Shown here piece by piece: positions 18,639 to 26,333 of a stretch of 53,390 nt of DNA. The position numbers and the translations under genes were made by a program. Location: positions 1-53,390 of the IMG/VR virus record IMGVR_UViG_3300025307_000067; one strand, 5' to 3'. Position 1 is the stretch's first letter; every line of letters begins with the position of its first letter. The stretch is from a virus (taxonomy: Duplodnaviria; Caudoviricetes). Below the pieces are notes generated by a model. That model saw only the letters and a program-made list of their open reading frames with translations, ran no database searches and was not told where the DNA came from.

Positions 18639-18898
18639 CTCTTATCCTCCCACATTTTCATATTGGCGTGGACTTGGTCGGTCAGGCTGACGGAATCTGA
18701 AGCAGACTTGCCAGCCCGGACGGCGCCGTTCTTGCCGACGAAATACAACCTACCGTCTTTGACGAACTGGCGATATTTTGACCGGGAAGAAACTTCCTGC
18801 ATCGCCAGGCCCTCCACCAGGAACCTTACGACCCGGTCGGTCAAGGTCTTGGGTTGGCCTTTCCTGGGGCCGCTTTGGAATGTTTGGTAGGTATTCAT
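18635..18898 (-). CDS. hypothetical protein
   Basis: RBS before MNTYQTF; YFVGKNGAVRAG. Confidence 0.65.
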   Translation of the reverse strand: MNTYQTFQSGPRKGQPKTLTDRVVRFLVEGLAMQEVSSRSKYRQFVKDGRLYFVGKNGAVRAGKSASDSVSLTDQVHANMKMWEDKR

Positions 18899-18899
18899 G

Positions 18900-19139
18900 T
18901 TATCTTCCAGCTTCAAAATCGGCCAGAATTTGCTGATTCCGGCGATTGTCCGCTTCAATATCTTCTTGGTATTTCTTCTCCCAGGCAGTCCAACATTCTT
19001 CACACCAGATGGTCGTCTTAGTGGTGTAATGGCCGCCAGCGCACCAGCGCCTCTTGGTTTCACCCTCGAATCGTTTGAAAACAGGTTTAACCTTTTTACA
19101 GTTGACACATTTGGCTTCCATCATACCCTCCCAATTCAT
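18900..19139 (-). CDS. small zinc-finger protein
   Basis: CVNC and CEEC pairs; GGAGGG RBS. Confidence 0.55.
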   Translation of the reverse strand: MNWEGMMEAKCVNCKKVKPVFKRFEGETKRRWCAGGHYTTKTTIWCEECWTAWEKKYQEDIEADNRRNQQILADFEAGR

Positions 19140-19151
19140 TAGATTTGGTTT

Positions 19152-19210
19152 CCTACCACCGGGTCGCAGCCCGGTTCCGGCCGGTTACCATCCGGCTCTC
19201 ATCAGGTAGG
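19152..19210 (-). ncRNA. hammerhead-like RNA, type I, non-canonical core (GGAA, G at cleavage site)
   Basis: CCUAC-CUGAUGA-GAGCCGG/CCGGCC-GGA-ACCGGG/CCCGGU-G-GUAGG. Confidence 0.6.
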
Positions 19211-19212
19211 GG

Positions 19213-19407
19213 TTATAGATAATCAGGATTGATGTATCTCTCGGCATCAGTGGGATTATCAAAAGTTTTTGGTAACGAGCCATTATAAGGGAAGGCATGG
19301 AATTTATCCTGAGAATTTTTATGCCTCACATGTCCAAGCTCTTGCCCCATAGTGGATTTTACTAACCATGCTGTGTGGTCTAATTTGTGAACTTCTATAT
19401 ATGCCAT
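19213..19407 (-). CDS. hypothetical protein
   Basis: GGAGGG RBS. Confidence 0.55.
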   Translation of the reverse strand: MAYIEVHKLDHTAWLVKSTMGQELGHVRHKNSQDKFHAFPYNGSLPKTFDNPTDAERYINPDYL

Positions 19408-19523
19408 TTTCCTTCCCTCCCATTAATTTATTTGTTAAGGATTGATAAACCGTTATGTTGTGCCTGAGCCGATAAACCGGCTATTAGCTTTGCCCTGAAC
19501 GGCGGCAGGGGATTGACCGCATT

Positions 19524-19847
19524 TTAGTAGATAACCTTGTCCAGGTTATTGATGAGTTGGTCGGATTGATTCTGGATGGTAAATAAGTTATCATCAGGAT
19601 ATTCACAAAGGATTCTTGCTTTACCCTTTTTGAAAGATTCATTATTGAAAAATCCTGGCTCATCTCCTTCTGGCATGAACTCCCAAAAGTAACCGCCAGG
19701 AAAATGTCCAACGTAACGACTTGCCCAATGGCCGGTTGATTTTTCATAATATTGAAAGAACCAACCAATCATCTTACCATTCTGACGAATCTCATATTCT
19801 GGTTTTCCAGAAGTTTTATGAAAAGTTGCCATCTCCTTACCCTCCAT
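19524..19847 (-). CDS. hypothetical protein
   Basis: AAGGAG RBS before MATFHK. Confidence 0.6.
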   Translation of the reverse strand: MEGKEMATFHKTSGKPEYEIRQNGKMIGWFFQYYEKSTGHWASRYVGHFPGGYFWEFMPEGDEPGFFNNESFKKGKARILCEYPDDNLFTIQNQSDQLINNLDKVIY

Positions 19848-19863
19848 TCAGATTTTATTTTGG

Positions 19864-19925
19864 CTCCTGCTACCCCGACCATTAAGCCGGGGTTTCATGC
19901 TCGCCAGGCAATCATCAGGCGGGGT
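19864..19925 (-). ncRNA. hammerhead ribozyme, type I, overlapping the upstream stop codon
   Basis: CCGC-CUGAUGA-UUGC/GCAU-GAAA-CCCCGG/UCGGGG-UA-GCAGG; canonical GUA site. Confidence 0.78.
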
Positions 19926-20199
19926 TGGTTAATTCTTGGATTTGGCGGTCGATGGTTTCAAGTTCAATTAGATGGCTTCTCCTAATGCAATCCAGTTCAG
20001 CCATCTTTTCTGCCCTGGGAAGCATGTCTTGGAAGATCACAAAGCCATGCTCTAAAAACAGCATGGCCACTTGGGTTTTTCCGCCGACGTCTTTGATGCT
20101 GGGATGGAAGGTGTACACTCGGTTAATGACAATCCATTGCTCGTCGGTACATTTTCCTTTGACACTTTCTGTCAAGGCATCAAACTCTGATCTCATCAT
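19915..20199 (-). CDS. hypothetical phage protein
   Basis: EF......I..VY.FHPSI...GK motif; AGGAGG RBS. Confidence 0.7.
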   Translation of the reverse strand: MMRSEFDALTESVKGKCTDEQWIVINRVYTFHPSIKDVGGKTQVAMLFLEHGFVIFQDMLPRAEKMAELDCIRRSHLIELETIDRQIQELTNPA

Positions 20200-20217
20200 T
20201 TTATTGCCCTCCTGAGA

Positions 20218-20478
20218 TTAATTAAAAAGTTCTTTTCCTGCATCGGTGTAATCGAAGACCATATCGGAAAACTTACCCTTGCCCTCGTCATCGGATATGA
20301 CGACTAACCCCTTTTTCACCAGGGAAGCAACTACTCCTCGGTAGATTTTTTCGTCCAGTTTGGCAGCATCGCAAACTGCGAAAGACCACTGACCACCTTC
20401 CAGGCAGTCGCCGAAGTTTGTCTTTCTGGCAGCCTGGAGAACTTTGATTTCCAACTCGGTTAGTCCGTCGGTTTTCAT
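20218..20478 (-). CDS. wHTH-like small protein
   Basis: LTELEIKVL...RGVVASLVKKGLV...YTDAGKEL. Confidence 0.7.
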   Translation of the reverse strand: MKTDGLTELEIKVLQAARKTNFGDCLEGGQWSFAVCDAAKLDEKIYRGVVASLVKKGLVVISDDEGKGKFSDMVFDYTDAGKELFN

Positions 20479-20551
20479 TTTGCTACCCCTTTTTTGCCAT
20501 TGTCGTCCTCAATTATGATTTTCATGTTTCTTACCCTCCACTTTTTATTTT

Positions 20552-20607
20552 GATCTCATCAGCACCAGATTGACTGGTGGACCTGCTCCTCCAAGCAGGT
20601 TTCGATC
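20552..20607 (-). ncRNA. hammerhead ribozyme, type II, canonical core
   Basis: GAUC-GAAA-CCUGCU/AGCAGG-UC-CACCAG/CUGGUG-CUGAUGA-GAUC; GUC cleavage triplet. Confidence 0.92.
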
Positions 20608-20608
20608 T

Positions 20609-20914
20609 TTAAAGATTATTTTTGTACCAAGCCACCAAAGCCCGGAAATTATCTCTCCATTTCCTGCTGTGGTTCATCCCACCTTTCATAACATGGGCAA
20701 CTTCGTGAAGGAAAGTGCCGACTGTGGGAGAATAAATAAATACTTTGGGCTGACCAAACTGGTTTAGCCCAGCCTCGCCATTGAGTTTAGGATCGAACCC
20801 TTTGGCAATGGTTACTGATAAATTAGGAGAAAATTGGTTGCAGACTGCAGAAACGGTTTGTAAGGTTAAAGGAGCCTCATAAAGACTCCCGGCAATTAAT
20901 CTGTTCCAATCCAT
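20609..20914 (-). CDS. small HExxH (SprT-like) metalloprotein
   Basis: TFLHEVAH...NHSRKW; AGGAGG RBS before MDWNR. Confidence 0.7.
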   Translation of the reverse strand: MDWNRLIAGSLYEAPLTLQTVSAVCNQFSPNLSVTIAKGFDPKLNGEAGLNQFGQPKVFIYSPTVGTFLHEVAHVMKGGMNHSRKWRDNFRALVAWYKNNL

Positions 20915-20940
20915 TATTTTATCCTCCTTAGGATTTGGTT

Positions 20941-21006
20941 GATCATCATCAGCATTGGCATCACCAATGGACCGGAACAATTATATTATCTGCTCCGGTT
21001 TCGATC
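20941..21006 (-). ncRNA. hammerhead ribozyme, type II, canonical core
   Basis: GAUC-GAAA-CCGGAGCA/UGUUCCGG-UC-CAUUGG/CCAAUG-CUGAUGA-U-GAUC. Confidence 0.92.
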
Positions 21007-21330
21007 TTTCGATAATAATTTTTTCACTACTGGCCAAACCCGGCCCCGGTACTTATTCTCATCTCTTTTAAATTGTTAATCAGCTTAGTTTTCGGTCTCT
21101 CTCCTACCAAGTCTTATCGGTTTTGAACCGGTTCCTTGGGTGACCTCCCCGGGTTCCTCCGAGTGCGTCAATTTAAGCCTTTAGGTGGCCTGAACCCTAT
21201 CTTCCCATTTCAGGAGTTCATGAGGTGGTCCGTGCTGTGGGTTTGCCTTTCGGCCTCTCCAACCACCCCGCCAGGTTCGGCCCGGCTTTTCATTTGGTCT
21301 GACTTTGGTACCTCCTTAACCTTTATTTAC

Positions 21331-21363
21331 CTATATTATATAGTGTTCTGTGAAGAAGACAAG
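21331..21363 (-). promoter_or_regulatory. putative early promoter
   Basis: TTGTCT-16 nt-TATAAT with an AT-rich UP-like region upstream. Confidence 0.65.
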
Positions 21364-21466
21364 CTTTTTTATTAAGAAATATTAATTTATAGGAATTATT
21401 ATTTTATAACTATCCAATGATTACAATAGGTTATAAAAACACCCAAAAATAATTTTGGTTTAGGTC

Positions 21467-21973
21467 CTATTTTTTTTCACTTTCCAGCCTCAAATCATCC
21501 AAATATCTCCTACAACTTCCCTTATGTCCATCCTCGTCCTTATTGAAATTCTCCTTTACTCCCCATCGACCACAGCGCTTACATTGCAGAGCATGAGCGC
21601 TGCCAGTAGCCTGCCAAGCCCGCTGGCGCTTCTTGAGCAAAAAGTGATATTCACGCCCCTGACAGACCACCAAGTTGGAATTATCAGAATCAGATTTACA
21701 GCCATTGACGTGGAAGATCTCGGCTTTGGATGGCAGATATATGCCTGCAGCTTCCTCGACCACCAACACATCTTCTCTGACATGAGAGGTTTTGGATCTT
21801 AGTGCTCGGGGATTATCTGGGGCGTAGATGGTCTTATAGGAATTGATCTGCCCTGCTCCTTTTTTCCAGTTAGGAGCGTTCTCACCAACTCGGCCAGTAT
21901 GATAATGACCTCGACGCCAGAGGCATCCAGGAGTGACTTGTCTTCCACAGCCGCAGGCACAGAGTCGTTTCAT
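21467..21973 (-). CDS. degenerate HNH homing endonuclease-like protein
   Basis: CACGCG, NAPNWKKG, IFHVNGCKSDSDNSNL (eroded HNH). Confidence 0.6.
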   Translation of the reverse strand: MKRLCACGCGRQVTPGCLWRRGHYHTGRVGENAPNWKKGAGQINSYKTIYAPDNPRALRSKTSHVREDVLVVEEAAGIYLPSKAEIFHVNGCKSDSDNSNLVVCQGREYHFLLKKRQRAWQATGSAHALQCKRCGRWGVKENFNKDEDGHKGSCRRYLDDLRLESEKK

Positions 21974-22413
21974 TTGCAGCCTCTTTTCTTTCTTCTCTCT
22001 TCTTCTTTTGTTATTGCCTTGATATCCATAACCCAAAGAAAGTTTGATTTTACACATTTCGTAAATCCCTGCCCGACTTTTGGCTTATATCCTATGTTAC
22101 AACTACCTATTTTCATTTTTCCCCATTTTTTCTGAGATTTGTTTGCTATAAAATTAGGACATGATCCACAGCTTGATGGCAATGGTATTGGTTTTGCTTG
22201 TTTCTTTGGTAGGCGGTCTATTTTTTCTTCTAACTCTTCTATAGTAGGTAGATATTCAAAAGAGTATATAAAACTGGCAATAAGATGAAATTCTAACTTT
22301 TGTGAAGAACAACTCCATTCAACCTTCTCCATTTTTTCTAAAAAGCAAAGATAAGCCTTGTCGCGAATAGATTGTTTACGAAGTGGAAATTGAATTATTT
22401 TTGCTGTGTTCAT
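21970..22413 (-). CDS. hypothetical protein
   Basis: AGGAGG RBS, ATGA overlaps. Confidence 0.55.
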   Translation of the reverse strand: MNTAKIIQFPLRKQSIRDKAYLCFLEKMEKVEWSCSSQKLEFHLIASFIYSFEYLPTIEELEEKIDRLPKKQAKPIPLPSSCGSCPNFIANKSQKKWGKMKIGSCNIGYKPKVGQGFTKCVKSNFLWVMDIKAITKEEERRKKRGCK

Positions 22414-22823
22414 TGCCCCCTCCTATATGAGCCAGTAGCCCATTGAGCCCATGCCTCCTTTGCCGCCAGCAGAATAGCAATGCAAGGATTATCATCTGCG
22501 CCTTGGCCGTGGATGAAAGGATCGATTTTGTGGAACTGAGCAATGGATATAGTTATACCCTTATGGGCCTGCCAGTTCAGATTGAGATTAAACCCATCAG
22601 ATCCATCTGGTAAGGCCTCACGCATCTTTCTGATGACCATCCATATCTGGCCGGTGGATTCATCATCAGGTCGCCACTGGTCTTCAAACATAACACACTG
22701 GCAGTGCCCAATTTTTTCAGTGGCAACCCACCATTGTCCATGTTGTAAGAACCCCCCCATTAAATCTTCAGCACTCCAGTGCCTAAGTTCCAAAATCTTT
22801 GGATTGGTCATTTTACTCTCCAT
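22410..22823 (-). CDS. hypothetical protein
   Basis: WRPDDE...WMVIRKM...PCIAILLAA. Confidence 0.6.
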   Translation of the reverse strand: MESKMTNPKILELRHWSAEDLMGGFLQHGQWWVATEKIGHCQCVMFEDQWRPDDESTGQIWMVIRKMREALPDGSDGFNLNLNWQAHKGITISIAQFHKIDPFIHGQGADDNPCIAILLAAKEAWAQWATGSYRRGQ

Positions 22824-22977
22824 TTTGGTTAAAAACTAAAAAAGTTTAAAAGTTACAAACCCCGATATCTTATTAGCGGGCCATAGCCAAGACTTTTGTA
22901 CTGATGAATACAAATATACCAAGTAGTACACACCATCCGTACAACTTAATCTGATGGCGCTTATGAAGTTCTTTCAT

Positions 22978-23238
22978 TTATAAGCTCTCTACCCTCAAAA
23001 CCCGCCGCTGACCAATCCAGTGAAAGTTGATTTTGCCATCGACGGTGTAAAATATTAACATAAATGGTCCACGGTAAGGATTGCGTCTCTCGGGTTCATC
23101 ACACATTGGATTCATACAGAGAAAGTCGGTGTTGGGATCAGTAGCGATCTTTTCCACATAGGCAGTCTGAAAATCAGTCCTGCCAGACGATGGGCCAAAG
23201 TTTGATAATTCGTGGTTGTTACCGATTTTGATTAGCAT
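22978..23238 (-). CDS. hypothetical protein
   Basis: AAGGA RBS before MLIKIG. Confidence 0.45.
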   Translation of the reverse strand: MLIKIGNNHELSNFGPSSGRTDFQTAYVEKIATDPNTDFLCMNPMCDEPERRNPYRGPFMLIFYTVDGKINFHWIGQRRVLRVESL

Positions 23239-23242
23239 TTGA

Positions 23243-23458
23243 TTAGTCCTTATACAAGTCTTTGTTGAATAGCGCATACCAGAAAGCAGCGATCCAAACC
23301 CGGGTAGTAGGAAATAACCAAGGTAGAAACACAGGTGGAAATGGGATGCCTTCAGAATGGCACATAAATGGATCGAACCGATAATCTTTGACCCTTTCCA
23401 AATAAGTGGGTTGACGAAAGCGTTCTGGATGGATGATGGTTTTAGCAAGATTAGGCAT
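23243..23458 (-). CDS. hypothetical protein
   Basis: AGGAGG RBS directly below a TATAAT promoter. Confidence 0.55.
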   Translation of the reverse strand: MPNLAKTIIHPERFRQPTYLERVKDYRFDPFMCHSEGIPFPPVFLPWLFPTTRVWIAAFWYALFNKDLYKD

Positions 23459-23469
23459 AAATTTATCCT

Positions 23470-23618
23470 CCTATATATCTATATTATAGTAAAAATCTCC
23501 TAAAATAAAGGATTATTTATATACTAAAAATAATTTTTATATTGGTTATTTCATAGTAAACCACTATAGTATAATTTTTATTCTTTGAATTATTTTATTC
23601 TTACATTATAATAATTTT
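23470..23618. promoter_or_regulatory. AT-rich divergent promoter region separating the two genome arms
   Basis: TATAAT on minus (~23483) and plus (~23570, ~23608); gene orientation switches here. Confidence 0.65.
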
Positions 23619-24449
23619 ATGGTTGAGCGCATTCCATATATAGATAATAATTTAATAAAGCGAGGCAGAGAACGCCCTAAGGGGAGCAAGAATAGCCCTG
23701 GCCATAAGGCGGGTAGGCCAAGCAATGGGAAATCACAGCATAACCTATCTATTAAACCCATCGTAGAACCTAATGTAACAGCCGCTACTAAGAGTTCTCT
23801 TCCGATTAGGGTAAAGGAGCCACCCCAGACTATAAACTTGAATACAACGAGTCATACCAAGCCGGTTAGGCTACCTTATATAGAATGCACTGACGGTCAC
23901 AATTACCCTCCTGTATTAGACTTGACTCTACCTTCTAATGGAAACGGTAAACCAAAGCCTACGAATCCGATTCCTCCTAATGTGGCCCGTTCGGTAATAC
24001 AGTCTGGTTTGAATGAGGAGTTGATCACCCCAGAGCAGATCATTAAAGAAGTGATGAAGATAGCAACCTCTGATATTAGGCTACTCCCCGGTTGCCCTAA
24101 GGGGATTCCGGATGATATAGCGGCGGCCATATCGTCTATTGCTTTAAATCCTCTTGTATATGAAGGAAAACCGATTCTAGGTCCAGACGGAAAAGTTCTT
24201 TGTCAAGTAAGATATAATCTCTGGAGTAAATCTTCTGCCCACGACCAGCTTATGAAATGGGCCGGGCTATATTCACAAGACAATGCTCAGACCAAGCCCA
24301 GTATAAATCTACAGCAGAATATCCAGGTCAACCAAGTCAATCTTAAGGATTTCTCCAAGGAAGAGCTTTTAGCCTTGTATAAGCTGGGAATATTGAAAAG
24401 TCAGAGCGAAGAGATGCTGCTCTTACCAGAAAAAAGTTCATGTGATTGA
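23619..24449 (+). CDS. terminase small subunit with disordered N-terminal extension
   Basis: ITPEQIIKEVMKIATSDIR...AAAISSI...LWSKSSAHDQLMKWAGLY. Confidence 0.75.
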   Translation: MVERIPYIDNNLIKRGRERPKGSKNSPGHKAGRPSNGKSQHNLSIKPIVEPNVTAATKSSLPIRVKEPPQTINLNTTSHTKPVRLPYIECTDGHNYPPVLDLTLPSNGNGKPKPTNPIPPNVARSVIQSGLNEELITPEQIIKEVMKIATSDIRLLPGCPKGIPDDIAAAISSIALNPLVYEGKPILGPDGKVLCQVRYNLWSKSSAHDQLMKWAGLYSQDNAQTKPSINLQQNIQVNQVNLKDFSKEELLALYKLGILKSQSEEMLLLPEKSSCD

Positions 24450-24473
24450 GTTGATTCATACTATAATATAAGT

Positions 24474-24891
24474 GAATGGAGGAGGCGGGTGAGTAAGACG
24501 GTTGTACAAGATCACGCATTACTCGCTAACTTCGCCCCGGTGATACACCCGTGTAGAGTGGGCCTTCTCTGTCACCCGGGCTGGTGGAGGGCTGCTGAGA
24601 TTGCCGACTACTATTGATTTCGTCGGCCAGTATGCAGCCCCTCTCGCTCCCGCTGGCGAGGAAGAGTGCAGCGGTGACTCGGCTGTGGCCACCGAGGTCG
24701 TTAGACAGAGAGTAAGGCTCAATGTTTCGGTGGCATCTGCTTCAAGGAGGAACTAGATTGAGTAACCCTAATGGAACGCCGCGGCACTGGAGTGCCAAAG
24801 GCCCAGATGCCCAGACACTGGTGAGCTTTTGGCAAGGGAAATCCTCCTAAGGCCCGCCGGGAGCCTAATGAAATCCCGGCCTTGATTTTTT
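24474..24891 (+). ncRNA. unassigned ~400-nt structured RNA
   Basis: CTATAATATA -10 at 24461, GC-rich non-coding stretch with many helices, terminator at the 3' end. Confidence 0.6.
24856..24891 (+). terminator. intrinsic terminator
   Basis: GCCGGGA...TCCCGGC followed by CTTGATTTTTT. Confidence 0.55.
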
Positions 24892-24916
24892 AATTAGCTT
24901 GCAAGTAGGCATAGAT

Positions 24917-25162
24917 ATGGCGGTGAAGATTCCACGAGAGCAGATAGCCAGTTCGATTTCAGACCCCTGTCTTCAATCACTGACTTTTAAAGAAGTGCTT
25001 TCGTGTTTTAAAAAAGCAAACAAAGTACTTGGTAAAAACGGCGATGTTGATATTGAGGTTTGGATAGAAAACAAAATGTATAGAATTGTGAGGGTAGGAC
25101 AATTTAGTTTTGTTCCCACAGTTACCTTAACATTGGTCGATAAACCAGAATTTGAATTATAA
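24917..25162 (+). CDS. hypothetical protein
   Basis: ORF between the ncRNA and tmRNA. Confidence 0.45.
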   Translation: MAVKIPREQIASSISDPCLQSLTFKEVLSCFKKANKVLGKNGDVDIEVWIENKMYRIVRVGQFSFVPTVTLTLVDKPEFEL

Positions 25163-25165
25163 TCA

Positions 25166-25518
25166 GGGGGTGTAATGGTTTCGACGGTGGCAGGAAATCA
25201 TAGTTGCGTTCCGGGGCCAACTTCCGTTAATGTTGGACATGGCACACTTGCCGACTCTTACTACCAACTGAAAGCGGCTTAAGGCACGCTTTCCGTTCGT
25301 ACTGATGATTTCAGATAGTCAGATGCGGGCGTCAAACCTAATCTGGATAGGAGATATGATGTTGCTGCATCGTCATTATCCGAAGTTTAGCGCAGCTGGT
25401 CTGGCAGGAGTTGATCTCAGAGCAATATTGCCGGGCGAGACGGAGTCTGAGATTATGAATGTAGATGCTATGGTAGAATGTTCTCCGGACCCGGGTTCGA
25501 CTCCCGGCACCTCCACCA
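25166..25518 (+). ncRNA. ssrA: tmRNA; tag (A)ADSYYQLKAA at 25250-25282
   Basis: 5' GGGGGTGTAATGGTTTCGAC; 3' CCGGGTTCGACTCCCGG-CACCTCC-ACCA with G3:U70; tag ORF ending AA-TAA; TATAAT just upstream. Confidence 0.96.
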
Positions 25519-25568
25519 ATTTTTAAGGGAATTATATACTTGATTCCCTAAATGAAAGGAGTAATGGA

Positions 25569-25760
25569 ATGAATCCATGGTGGCTTTTGTTGATTGTTCC
25601 AGGGATAAGTATTTTTGTGTTTTTACTCGTAGCTTTGTTGGCATCGGCATCTTGTGGGAGTTGTCGAGAAGCTATGCAGTACCGAGAATCGTTAATAGAT
25701 AAAAAAGGATTTGAAGCCGGCTTCAAAGAAGGAATATCAAGTCTCTCTAAGGTAGGATGA
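25569..25760 (+). CDS. small membrane protein
   Basis: N-terminal TM helix, AAGGAG RBS. Confidence 0.55.
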   Translation: MNPWWLLLIVPGISIFVFLLVALLASASCGSCREAMQYRESLIDKKGFEAGFKEGISSLSKVG

Positions 25761-26111
25761 TCGTCACTGAATTTTGCCACTCATCTGGCCGTTTCACCTG
25801 GACTTGTCGGGAATGGAGTTGTTGTGGTCATCTTTGGCAACTCCTTCTTTCTCGCAATTTTCCTGATCGATATTTTTGGGATCCAATCTGTTCAACTTGT
25901 GGTTCAAAGGCAAATAGTAGAGCTCAAAGTTATAGAGGTTAATCTTGAGTGAAATCATCAAACCAGAGATCATTGCCAAGGCCTTCTTCATGGGCACTCA
26001 AGTCGGCATATTGGTTAAGACTGCAGGTTGGTGGAACTATTATGGAATGGTGCCACTTATGGATGACCCCAGGACAAGACAGATAATTCAGAGACAAGCA
26101 GGGTTAAAAAC

Positions 26112-26300
26112 ATGAATAGCGGAATCATCATCTGGTTCGAAATCATCTCTGATGAAGATTTGGTTGAGATGTACAAAACTAAGTCGTTACTACAGATGGA
26201 CAAAATCCTTGGAGTGAGTTACCAGACTATCGGTCGAAAACTGAAAAGTCTTGGCGTCACCCTGAGAGGACGAGGAGGACCAAATCATATTAAACCTTAA
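26112..26300 (+). CDS. small HTH protein
   Basis: SLLQMDKILGVSYQTIGRKLKSLGVTLR. Confidence 0.65.
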   Translation: MNSGIIIWFEIISDEDLVEMYKTKSLLQMDKILGVSYQTIGRKLKSLGVTLRGRGGPNHIKP

Positions 26301-26333
26301 TCAACAGAGGGCTGGCACCCATAAAATGCCAGA

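Noticed and set aside
20915-20980. N-terminal extension of ORF 20609-20980
   Set aside because: Overlaps a hammerhead; a strong RBS supports the start at 20914
1900-22670. Other minus-strand CTGATGA hits (~1907, 3520, 10844, 18502, 22664)
   Set aside because: Inside coding regions with no flanking stems or GAAA core that I could see
23464-23481. 15/18 match to revcomp(spacer B)+spacer A of array 2 unit 3 (possible self-target)
   Set aside because: AT-rich and low complexity; about one such hit is expected by chance over 18 guides, two strands and two arrangements. I could not search exhaustively
24474-24891. RNase P RNA
   Set aside because: GAGGAAGAGUGC only loosely resembles GAGGAAAGUCC and the 3' conserved P4 strand is absent
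25305-25526. 73-aa ORF
   Set aside because: Lies inside the tmRNA
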